Below, piece by piece: positions 11,863 through 22,237 of a stretch of 25,792 bases of DNA. A model generated the notes under the pieces. That model saw only the letters and a program-made list of their open reading frames with translations, searched no databases and had not been told where the DNA came from. Numbering within the stretch: position 1 is the stretch's first letter; each line of letters opens with the position of its first letter. Source of the DNA: Chiloscyllium plagiosum. Taxonomy: Eukaryota. The stretch is taken from contig NC_057720.1 in NCBI RefSeq assembly GCF_004010195.1, positions 22,133,635-22,159,426 on the forward strand, written 5' to 3'. A program made the position numbers and the translations under genes.

Positions 11863-12045
11863 TGCGCATCCAAGCATAACTAACTAATCAATATCTTATT
11901 ACCTTCAACTACTAGTACTCAACATCTACCAACAGAATATATTAGATACTAATAACTTGAACGTACACCTGGAGTGTAGTAACAAACTAAAATATTGCAA
12001 ACTAGCTTTTAAAAACAGAATAACAATTAGTCGTAAGTTACAAAA

Positions 12046-12087
12046 TCAGAATGAACTTTTCTCAGGGCTCAGAACGAACTTTTCTCA
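12046..12087. repeat. 19-bp direct repeat
   Basis: TCAGAATGAACTTTTCTCA (12046-12064) and TCAGAACGAACTTTTCTCA (12069-12087). Confidence 0.9.
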
Positions 12088-13143
12088 TTGCTTGGGAGAT
12101 CGTTTGTCAGTAAAATTTATCGTGGAGTCTCATTAAAAATGCTTGAGCTTAAAATTCTCATTTGTTTTTCCAGTGACGCTCATGATTAAAAAGTTGAAAT
12201 TGATGTGAAATCACTAATTTTGTTCTGGATGCTTCTACAAAGACTGCAACAGCTCAAACTTTGGTATAAAACACGCACTATGGAGAGCAACTTCCAGATT
12301 TCCAGCTTAGCTGCCCGTGAGCAACTGCCTGAACTTGCTGTCAGTTTGACTCAGTAAAGATAGTGAGCACTGACAATTTCACTATCATTAGAACTGCAAA
12401 TTCCAGCAATTACAGCCATTCCTAGATTGTGACATCAGCTTATAACTTTGTTAGCAAGCGTATGGTCATTTTTGTTTTTTTTCTACACATGGCATTCATC
12501 TTCTTATGTAATATATGTACAGCCTAGTATAATGAATGAAAATGGAAGCATTTTATTTCTCAGGATATTCGGAGCAAGTGGCCAAGGTTGCTGCTATGAT
12601 TCTTCCCTGAAATTAGTCAGAATTCTTACAAATGCAGTCAATTTGAAATATGTCTGGGGTCTTACTGATTGGTTCATTGCATCCTGAGATGTGTAAATTA
12701 CTGGAATGGAAAAGCGGACTGCATCACATGCAGGAATGTGCAAAGGTTACAGACAAATTATCACCCAGTGCACTCAATATTGAAGACTACTATACATTGC
12801 AATTTGATACTCCAAATTGCAAAATCAGGCATCTCGTTGCATAAGATAGGCCTGGAAGAAAGGTTTGCTGTAGAGAAATTGATAGAACATTGAAAACACA
12901 ATCAACATATTGCAGCAGTTATAAATGAAATATTACATTATATAACAATTTCCACAGATGATTAGGTACTTTTGACAACCTTGACGAGATGACATGTGCA
13001 ATATTAATGAAGTAGCACCTTTCATGGTTAGAAAAGAACACAAAAACTAGGAAAATAATTCAGACCAGTGCAAAGCACGGTCCTAAACTTTGGAGTATTG
13101 AGCAGAGTCTAAAATGGATATAGACAGAATGGGAGGGAAAGAG

Positions 13144-13670
13144 TCAACAGGTTTGGCAGCATCTGTGGCCAGAGAAACAGAGTTAATATTCTGAGTCAAA
13201 TTTGACTATTTGTCCTTCAAAAGGACAGTCATATTCAATTTGAAATGTTAATTCTGTCTCTCCATTGTTGGCACCACACCTGTTGAGCATTTCCAGAAAT
13301 TTACTAAAGGTCCTTAGAAACCACCTTTCAAACCCATGTCCACTTTCACTGAGAAAGACAAAGGCAGCAGATACATAGGAGCACCATTACCTGCAAGTTC
13401 CCCTCCAAGCAACTCATTATCCTGACTTATAAATGTAACGCTGTTCCTTCATTGCCATTGGGTCAAAATTCTGGCATTCCCTCTCAAAGGTGATTGTGGA
13501 TCTACTAAAAGCAATTGGACTGCAGCAGTTTAAGAAGGAAGCCCATTTTCTCAAGGTCAACTGGGGATGAGCAATAAATGCTGGACAGCCAATGACACCC
13601 GTGTCCCACAAGTGGAAAAACAACTTCCCATTTTCCTTTCAGATTTTCAGCATCTGCAGTATTTCATATT
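13144..13670. mobile_element. Older PLE-derived fold-back element (family B), split by a LINE tail
   Basis: Inverted arms ~13144-13208 and ~13226-13286; the terminus TTTCAGATTTTCAGCATCTGCAGTATTT resumes at ~13630-13670. Confidence 0.65.
13303..13621 (+). mobile_element. 3' end of second LINE family
   Basis: GGACTGCAGCAGTTTAAGAAGG...GCAATAAATGCTGG...GTCCCAC tail; aligns with 23210-23530. Confidence 0.8.
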
Positions 13671-14234
13671 TATTATAAAATTTTTGTTCTATTGGGGCAA
13701 ATTAGTCAGCAAGAGGACATAAATTAAATCTGGAAGCTAATGTCAGAAAGAACATGGGATTGCCACAAAGGCCATATTTAAATGCAGTACAAACTGAAAA
13801 AAAAGAAACTAATCAGTAATGGCTCAAGTCTTTTATTTAGTGTTGAAGCTCTTTCTTGACATTGATCAGGTAAAGAAAATCACTTATCATCCTATGATTC
13901 TCTGAACAATCCAATTGGAGATTCTATAGAACTTCTCAGTTTGCGTGAGTGTGGGTAAGGGAGATTTATTGGGGCGTAAGGTGTGTCAGGTATTTAGCAA
14001 GCAGAAAAGTGGGTAAGAGGATAGGGCGAGTCGGCTGGTATCTGGGAAGGTTGGAACCATAGGCTGTTCATTTTTGTAATTCACTTGAAGATTGCTTTGG
14101 CCTTAGTTGGAACAAAACTGGGATTGTACTTGAAACTGTAAGACTGACTTGAAAACTTTGGGACAGAATTACAACAAGAGGAATAATGTATTGGCTTTTT
14201 CCACCAGATGGGAGAAGGGTGCCCCACCCACTCT

Positions 14235-15238
14235 AACTCAGGATAGTTTGAATCGACTGTCCAAATGCCAAATGTTTAGGCCCTTGGACCCTGACAGTTG
14301 TGAGGCAATGCTCTTTGGAAGAAGTGACAAGACAAGGAAGTACTCAAATGAATTGCAGGACACTAGGATTCTGAAGAATGGAAAGACCTTGTGGTGTTTG
14401 TCTACAGATCCCCAGAGGTGGCAGGCAGGTTACTTGGATAGTTAAGAAGGCATACAAGATATTTGCTTTTATCAGTCGAGGGATAGATTAAAAGCACAAG
14501 GAGGTCTTGTTGAATCTGTACAAAACTTTGATTTGGCCACTGCTAGAATACTGTGTGTAGTCCTAGTCACTGGAATATAGGAAGGATGTGATTGTCCTGG
14601 AGACTGCAGAGAAGATTCACCAGGATATTGCCTGGGTTTGAGCAGCGTAGCTATGGAGAGAGGCTGAATAAATACAGGTTGTTTTCTTTGGAGTAGATAA
14701 GGTTGAGGGGGGACCTGTTAGATATGAGATTATGAAAGGCATGGGCAGGATAGATAGAAATCAACTGTTCCCTTAGTTGAAGGGTCCATAACCAGAGGCC
14801 ACACTTTTAATGTGAAAGGCAGGAGGTCTGGAGGAGACTCTTAGGCGAAAATTACGACTGCAGATGCTGGAGATCAGAGTCAAGATTAGATTAGGAACCC
14901 TGATGAGGAGTGTCTGCCCAAAATGATGATTTTCCTGCTCCTCAGATGCTGACTGACCTGCTGTGCTTTTCCAGCACCACGCTAATCTGGAGGAGACTCC
15001 TGTCAAATATTCTTCATTCAGAGGGTCGTAGGTGTCTGAAATGCACTGTCTGAGTGAGTAAATGAGGCAGGTAACCCCACAGCCTTCATGTAGTACTTCG
15101 ATGAGCACTTGAATTGTCACAATATTCAAAGGTATAGGCTTAATGCTGGAAAGTGGGACACTCTCTGGATTCAATGTATTTTTGGCAGTACAGACTTGAT
15201 GGGCCAAAGGGCCTCTTCTGCACTCTCTGATTCTATGA
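14235..15238 (+). mobile_element. Decayed CR1 LINE 3' kilobase, interrupted at 14841-14985
   Basis: GTTAAGAAGGCATAC, CAGAGAAGATTCACCAGGATATTGCCTGG and tail GATGGGCCAAAGGGCCTCTTCTGCAC...ATTCTATGA. Confidence 0.9.
14841..14985. mobile_element. Internally inverted PLE-derived insert with 14-bp TSD
   Basis: TCTGGAGGAGACTC at 14827-14840 and 14986-14999; left ~50 bp is the element terminus reversed; right part is a decayed hammerhead (CTGATGA 14900-14906) plus downstream sequence. Confidence 0.85.
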
Positions 15239-15865
15239 CCTAGCAGTCTTCTAGTGAAAAAGAATAATCAGCTAATTTGGGCTGCTAAGCTACATCTGCT
15301 ATCCAGCTCTTGGTTTTGTCATTTTCAGTATAATCCTGCATCACTTTACTGTAACAGCAGTACTAAAAGAGGAAGATTATCCCTCTCTTCATTCACATTC
15401 CATTTTTACAAACATTGCAACACTCTTCAGTGCTGTCCCACAATTGTTTACAGCACTAATTCAGACTGTTGTATCTTTGCACATAGATGTTCACAACTCT
15501 TTAGCACACTGGTTACTAAAACAGGCCCTTTATTTTGCAGAGACTAACTCGCAGTCAATTCCAGAAAGGAGAGTCACCGGGCTGAATCTCATCAGAAATT
15601 GCTAAGTATCATTTTTGACAAGTTTCATGGAGGGTTTCTCTCTGCTCGCTCTTGCAAGTTTTCCTCACTCTTTCTTCCCAAACGTGTCCCTTTAACTACG
15701 CACCATGCCCCACAGTGCCCTGTTCATTGTGTTCTCCACCTTACCACAGGTAGAGTTCCTACCCACTGCCAGCAACTACCAGCATTCCTGGTTTTTGTGC
15801 CAGCTTTAAAATCCATTCTGGTTTACCAGGCAGCCTGCTGCTGCCCTTCGCAGTTTGTTTTACGT

Positions 15866-15946
15866 TTAGATCAGAGTAGTGCTGGAAAAGCATAGCAGGT
15901 CAGGCAGCATCTAAGGAGCAGCATCCGACGATCCTCACTTCTGCCT
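15866..15946. mobile_element. Internally inverted PLE-derived insert with 14-bp TSD
   Basis: AGTTTGTTTTACGT (15852-15865) and AGTTTGTTTTATGT (15947-15960); reversed internal piece followed by forward terminus CAGCATC...TCCTCACTTCTGCCT. Confidence 0.8.
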
Positions 15947-16199
15947 AGTTTGTTTTATGTGCCTGGATATTTTGGATAGAGGGTAATTGACACTTCTGGG
16001 ATCATGTTCCTATCTCCTGTCTGCTGATTGTAAATGCTGAAGAGTTAGTGATATCCAGCATCTGATTCAGCTTCTATACCTGGAAGCATCTGATGGTGGT
16101 TTTCAATTGGCATAAAGGTGAGAATGACCCAATGACTCTGCACATAGGTGATGAGAACTCAGGAGAACTTTATCACTTTCAAATTTGTTCTGAAATACT

Positions 16200-16255
16200 T
16201 CTAGATTCATGCAACGCGGAAAAAGGCCCTTCAGCCCATCAAATCTGCACTGACA
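16200..16255 (-). mobile_element. Very short CR1 3' tail
   Basis: AGGCCCTTCAGCCCATC is the reverse complement of the GATGGGCNGAAGGGCCT tail stem-loop. Confidence 0.55.
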
Positions 16256-16289
16256 TAACTATCACTAAAGTACCTGTTGGCCAATTACC

Positions 16290-16512
16290 ATTCTTCATGA
16301 GGCCCTTTTCGGTCATGGGTGAGCATGGGTTACATCCTTGTTGTTCCAGTTTTCTGCTTTCCTTAAGTAACATCGCTTGTGACTGAAGAGAATGATACGG
16401 GAGTGACAGTCCGAGTCGCAGAGGTCACATCTGTATGTGGTAGTTGATCTGCTAGAGCTGCTGCACTCCTTGCGTGCCCACTTGTCTGCTGCAACACTCA
16501 TCATTCTTCACC
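16290..16512 (-). mobile_element. RTE-clade LINE 3' fragment with C-terminal zinc finger
   Basis: ORF 16313-16504 contains YRCDLCDSDCHSRIILFSHKRC, matching the CxxC...SRIGLxSHxR motif at RTE ORF ends. Confidence 0.75.
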
Positions 16513-16745
16513 GATGAGAAAAACGTAGCCTTTTCTTTAATGCAAGTTCTTAAACTAAAAACTCAAGATTTTGTAGCTTGTCTTTTCATTGGATCATTAA
16601 AATAAAAACAAAGTCCATGTTTCAGATATGTATGATAATCGATATGCAAAAGGACATATCTCTCCGAAATGTTAACAGTGCAGAAAGAGGTCATTTGGCA
16701 AATTGTGCCTGCACCAGCTCATTAACTAAGTATCATTCAGCAAAA

Positions 16746-16781
16746 TCGACATTTCGGGCAAAAGCCCTTCATCAGGAATAA
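16746..16781 (-). ncRNA. Minimal hammerhead ribozyme motif with one substitution in helix III
   Basis: Minus strand: ATTC-CTGATGA-A-GGGC-TTTT-GCCC-GAAA-TG-TC-GA. Confidence 0.6.
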
Positions 16782-17165
16782 AGGCAGAGAGCCTGAAGCG
16801 TGGAGAGATAAGCTAGAGGAGGGTAGGGGTGGGGAGAAAGTAGCATAGAGTTGAATAGGTGAGTGGGGGAGGGGATGAAGGTGATATGTCGGGGGCGGGG
16901 TGGAGTGGATTGGTGGAAAAGGAGCTAGGCAGGTCGGACAAGTCCGGACAAGTCAAGGGGACTGGAAGTTTGAAACTAGGATGAGGTGGGGGAAGGGGAA
17001 ATGAGGAAGCTGCCGAGCTCCTTTTCCACCTATCCACTCCACCCTCTCCTTCCTGACCTATCACCTTCATCTCCTCCCCCACTCACCCATTGTACTCTAT
17101 GCTACTCTCTCCCCACCCCCACCCTCCCCTAGCTTATCTCTCCACGCTTCAGGCTCTCTGCCTTT

Positions 17166-17201
17166 ATTCCTGATGAAGGGCTTTTGCCCGAAACGTCGAT
17201 T
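17166..17201 (+). ncRNA. Minimal type I hammerhead ribozyme motif (PLE type)
   Basis: Core CTGATGA 17170-17176, helix II GGGC/GCCC with TTTT loop, GAAA, palindromic ACGT helix III, GTC triplet ending 17197; helix I is weak. Confidence 0.75.
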
Positions 17202-19017
17202 TTGCTGAAGCTCCTCGATGCTGCCTGAATTGCTGTGCTCTTCCAGCACCATTGATCCAGAATCTGGTTTCCAGCATCTGCAGTCATTGTTTTTACCTAA
17301 CTAAGTATCAATACCTACTGTCAATTTCCTGCATTTTGCCCATACCCTTGCACATTATTTTGACACAAATAATTATCCAATACCTTCTTGAGTGCCTCAA
17401 CTGAACCTTCTCTGCTACTCTTCCAGACAGTGTGTTCCATGCTCTTAACTACTCACTGAGTGAAAAAACTTTTATCTTGCATCGCATTTGCTCCTTTTGC
17501 AAATCACTGTGACCTCTGATTCTTTGAAGATATTTGGATACAGTTACAGGATATGATGGTTCCTTTTTCCAATTTTGGTTTATCGAATTGTAATACAGTG
17601 TCTCAGAAGATATTTCCTTAAGTGGAATTGATCATACATAACAAAGCCAATGGTAACAAAATTGAATATAATTTAAAATTTTGAATATGACTGTTTGAAA
17701 TAACTCATCCTACGATTGCATTATGTTCAGATGAACTTATTTATAAGGCTATTAGAAGCAACCAAAAATAATGGATTAAAACCTCAGAAAAGTATATTCT
17801 GAAAATCAAACAAAATATTCATGAGTTTAACAGAACCATCAGCAAATTACTATAATTTTACACAGACAGTTTAATGCACACACCATTTGCTAAATAGGCC
17901 TGGAACATAGACATACTTCATAAATGGATGAATGTTCTATACAAACAATTATAATAAGCATCCCTTAAAATAACCTCTTCATATACGACTACATATTAGA
18001 CAATAGGTGCAAATACAATGTTATAGGTCTACTGTGACAAAGAAACTATACATTATCTGTAGAATGCAGCAGATATCACAAAGTATAGAGCATTCAAAGC
18101 CACACAAACCATTTTAAAGGATAATTTTAAATCTTATTTAGAGAAAACCTATAAATCAACTATCATTGAGTTCTTAATTTAATCTTATTTTTTTCAAAAT
18201 TAAAAAAAAATTAAATGCGTAGCAAAACATGATCATATGCTGCAAACTGTAGAATACAGTCAGTTCCCTGAGGGCTACGACTGAAATCTTTCAGATGTGA
18301 AATGAGTTAGATGTGAGGCATGCCGGGGATTTACTATATCAGTCACATTCACTGATTCCCCGTTTCCACTTCAGGTAGTCAGTGGAAAGAGATAGTAATC
18401 TGTATGAAAATGCTCAGATATAATCCTTAAAAAGCAAAATGTGCATGGTTAATTTGGGAAAATGTCAAACAACTAGCTTAAATAAAAGCCACACTCAGCA
18501 TTGTAATTTATATATACAAAACGTACTGTGGTATGCCCACTTTAATTAAATTTGAAAACCTAAATGTATCTTTTTGCTTAGCTGCCATTAATTTAACAGG
18601 GGTTTGTGTTATTTTGTACTTATTTTGTGCTGCAATATATCAAAATGAGTATCAGTTTATGAAATGAATAAATATATATTAAAAATTGGTGCTAGTGGTT
18701 CAGGTATTTGGAGAAAAGAAACATTATGCTCAAAGACTGCCGTGTAGCTATAATGCAGGGCAGCCGCTCACTTATCCTCATTAAGCCAAAGCTGCCTTAG
18801 ACCTGTCTCATGTTCTGCATGACAGCAGGATCTTTGTTGCATAATAATTCATTCTGAGTTCCTTGACAGTATTAGAACTGGTGAACTGTGGCCATTTTAA
18901 TGAGAGGTATTGGTGATGTGCATAATCTGTCAGAAACATATGGCGAACTCAAATCAGAACCAACCTCAGCTTTCAGAGTACAGAATATTGACAATTTCGG
19001 AGTTCTATCACTTGAAC

Positions 19018-19107
19018 AAAAGCATAATACTGCAGATGCTGGAAATGTGAAACAAATATAGAGAAACTCAGCAGGTCTAACAAAAAGAAACAGCGTTGGT
19101 TTTGAGC
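19018..19107 (-). mobile_element. PLE-derived family B terminus fragment
   Basis: AATACTGCAGATGCTGGAAATGTGAAA...AAACTCAGCAGGTCT; matches the reverse complement of 13637-13663 and resembles 19795-19820. Confidence 0.6.
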
Positions 19108-19339
19108 TTGTTTCACAAATCCGTCAAGAGGTCTCTTGATAAGAATATCTTACAACTATTGGAAAATTTAATATTTTCTGTGTCCACCCAAGTATTTCTG
19201 TAATCACTACAATTCTCAAAATTGTAAACTGAAGGTTTTAAATCACTCCTAAAATATGCAGCAAAAATACAATGATCAAACAGCTATTCTGCCTCAGTTC
19301 TTAAGTGCGAGACTAACAAGATGTGTATGATGTTAAGAT

Positions 19340-19630
19340 GGCATCGGTTTAGGGTGAGAGGGGAAAGATATAAAAGAGACCGAAGGGGCAACTTTTTCAC
19401 GCAGAGGGTGGTACGTGTATGGAATGAGCTGCCAGAAGAAGTGGTGGAGACTGGTACAATTGCAACATTTAAAAGGCATTTGGATGGGTATATGAATAGG
19501 AAGGGTTTGGAGGGATCTGGGCCAGGTGCTGGCAGGTCGACTAGATTGGGTTGGGATATCTGGTTGGCATGGACGTGTTGGAGGGGTTGTTTCCATGCTG
19601 TACATCTCTATGACTCTATGACTCTATGAC
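19340..19630 (+). mobile_element. Relatively young HER1/CR1 3' fragment with (CTATGACT)n tail
   Basis: ORF: HRFRVRGER...GNFFTQRVVRVWNELPEEVV...FKRHLD; ends CTCTATGACTCTATGACTCTATGAC. Confidence 0.95.
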
Positions 19631-19639
19631 AAGAGAGGA

Positions 19640-20280
19640 TAAAATTCCTGGTTAGGATGGATTAGAAAGGCTAAGTCTTAGATCCAGTTGAATCCTGATA
19701 TATTAAAATAAGATAGTGAAGCTTTAATAAAGGTAAAACTATATTTATCAATTAGAAAAGTTGTGTCAGAAGTTTGAAACAAACAAAAACAGAGACTGCT
19801 GGAGAAACTCAACAGGTCTGGCAGCGTCTGTGGAGGGAAGACAGAGTTAACATTTAGAGTTCTGCAGCCCTTCTTCAGATGTGCCAGAGGCTTGTTGAAA
19901 AATTAATCTCATTTTTATACCTAGAAAGGGAGATAGAACATCTGCAGGGAACCTGAGTCCAGGTAGCTTAACACTGGTAGTGAGAAAGGTCATAAAACAT
20001 ATCTACAGACTGAATATAACAGAACACGGTAAGTACAGATTTCAAATGAAGAAATTCTGCTTCATGAACCTGCTGGAATTATTTGAAGAAGTAACAAAAA
20101 GAGTATTAAGGGTAATGCAGTAAGCACAAAACATTTGGATTTTCAAAAGAACTTTGATAGCTCCACATAACAACATACTATATATCACGATTATGATCAG
20201 AGTATGTGGAGTAAGGGGCAGATGACAGTGTGAAGATCGAACTGGCTTCAAAACAACATTTGCAGAGTTGGGGTTAAGTG
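19640..20280 (+). mobile_element. Decayed CR1 RT N-terminal fragment, interrupted at 19777-19879
   Basis: Remnant frames such as CFMNLLELFEEVT and HLDFQKNFD resemble CR1 CLTNLLEFFEEVT and YLDFQKAFD. Confidence 0.7.
19777..19879 (-). mobile_element. PLE-derived family B insert with decayed hammerhead and degenerate TSD
   Basis: Minus strand TCTGAAGAAGGGCTGCAGAACTCTAAATGTTAAC; flanks TGTGTCAGAAGTTTG (19762-19776) and TGTGCCAGAGGCTTG (19880-19894) match 12/15. Confidence 0.7.
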
Positions 20281-22004
20281 TATTTATTTATGCTTTACAC
20301 CAGAAGATAGCTTTTTTTAACCAGAATCCAAGTCCATACTTACAGTGAGAACCTTATTTCAGTTAGACACACAACATAAAGCTCACGCTCCAATGATTAC
20401 TAGCCCCCCCCCATATTTATATCACTAATTCACACATAATTAACTCTTAATGACTGCAACCTTGCCTCTTCCCTCATTCCATTGGTCTCGCACATTCTTT
20501 CAGACCATATTAGACTACAATTCAAACTCTGGACTGTGGAATCAGAAGTAGTTGCCTGGAGTTTTATCTTTGAGAAGGTGGTGTGAGTTGACAAGTCCCT
20601 TGGCTTATTGTGCCCATCTCGAGAGAAAGTGCCCACACACTGAGAGGTAGGTGCAGACTGTAGACTGGCCAGGCAACATGGACAGAAACGTATTCAGGGG
20701 CTGTCAGGCACTGAGTCAGGCTGTTTAAAAGGCCTCAGTGTAAAGTGACATCATCCCAGTTGTAAAGACAAATCTCAAATGCTCCCCATCATGTGTCTTC
20801 ATCCTCTTACACTCCTTATGGCACTTCAAACTCCCTGTGCGAGGCTGAGATTCCAACTCCCATAACCTCCTATGCGAGATTATGTCAGTTCAATTCCTAC
20901 TGGCCTTTTGAACTGGATCATTAAGTCTCTAGTTACGAAATATAATTAAATGATTTTTAAAATGGAACTCATTCATTCCTTTCCAACTAAGTTAAAAAAA
21001 ACATTTACTACATGCCAATGAATGATGTCATTCATCCAGACCCATTAAAATACTGAAAGCAGAAACTGTAAGCACTTGAAATCTCTTAACGTTATGTCAC
21101 TAAAAATTGTGAAATTGACAAGAGAGATCAGAGAGCCAGAACTAATGAAAGGGCAGGGGCTCAGATCAGTCAACATGAAAATGGATGGCTGGTGTCTCAG
21201 CCATGCCTTATCATGCATTCTTGAGTAAGAGACCAGAAATTCATTCACTTTGTTTCAATTCCCGAGGTCCTCATGCAGATTATGATTCAGAATGCTTCTG
21301 ATATACTTTTGTGTTGGTGTCAGTAAAGGCAGCCTTACCTAACTAGCAATAATAAAAGACAAACATTCAGGTACAGACATACGAGCCTTCCAGGCCACAC
21401 TGTGTCAATGATGTTCTTCATAAAGATGGCGCTTAGGTAGTGGAGAGAGCGAGCAAATACCATGTATGAGCATCTCAACTATTTTCAATCAACAGAACTG
21501 CATGGGTCAATCTATTCTTGCTGGACACGGTCATGGAAGAGGAAGAGGATAAGCAGCAAGCAAAGGCTTTGAAAGTCGAAATTAAAAATTATAGGTGGAA
21601 GACTACCAGGGTCCATTGTAATCCAAAGTAGCATTCCTACAAAGGTTGAAAGAGCTTTGTTTTAAGCCCATCAATAAATAATATCTGAGAAATTTCATTT
21701 TTCTAATAAGATCATAGTTGAAATACACCTGAAATCAGACCAGCAATGTTGAGTAACACTGACATTATGCAGTGTAAAAGTGATGGTGGCATCCAACAGT
21801 ATTGACGTAGGATCCTTCTAAGTAACATCAAGTGACTTATAATGGATCATTTTGTAGTTCACTGATGCTTTACATGGACCACAAACACCCTGCTTTAATT
21901 ACCTGCTAAATGCATTAAAGCCAATATCAATGTGGTGCAGTAGAAGAGGTTGAAAGCCTTTGCTGGTTTGAGACCCGCCTGTATTTATTATATAATTGAA
22001 GGAC

Positions 22005-22130
22005 TGGCAGGGCAGACCCAGCAGAGGTGACAACAGAGTGATATACAGGTAGGGAGTTGTCCTGGGTGACCTTGACATTGGGCCTAATGAAATCTCACGG
22101 CTTCAGGTCAAATATGAGCAAGAAAACCTA
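22005..22130 (+). mobile_element. Endonuclease-region fragment of second LINE family
   Basis: GGCAG..CAGACCCAGCAGAGGTG...GATATACAG...ATGAAATCTCACGGCTTCAGGTCAAATATG resembles an R.DR...GGG...Y APE segment; recalled, not aligned. Confidence 0.5.
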
Positions 22131-22237
22131 CATCTAAATACTATTCATAATGTCCACTTGTTCCGCAGTAACCTACTCACTGATGCTTAGTTTTGGTTAC
22201 GCCAGATCTTCCCAGCTCCTGATTTTATTGCAACCTT

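Larger units (their letters stand above)
16736..17297 (+). mobile_element. Fold-back PLE-derived element with two hammerhead motifs and 13-bp TSD
   Basis: TAACTAAGTATCA at 16723-16735 and 17298-17310; inverted arms 16736-16932 and 17010-17209; unique terminus 17210-17297. Confidence 0.92.
16670..17520 (-). mobile_element. Old CR1 LINE 3' fragment hosting the fold-back insert
   Basis: AGAGGTCATTTGGC... before the insert continues after it as ...CCATACCCTTG...TATCCAATACC...TTCCA...ACTCACTGAGTGAAAAA. Confidence 0.7.

Noticed and set aside
12090..12430. Possible old DNA transposon or MITE remnant
   Set aside because: No terminal inverted repeats or TSD could be located.
16813..17082. Pro-rich 89-aa ORF
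   Set aside because: Arises from the G/C-rich fold-back arms.
21380..21630. Protein-like short frames on both strands (LLDTVMEEEEDKQQAKALK; YLSAIFMKNIIDTVWPGRL)
   Set aside because: No recognisable family, weak splice sites, and the two strands conflict.
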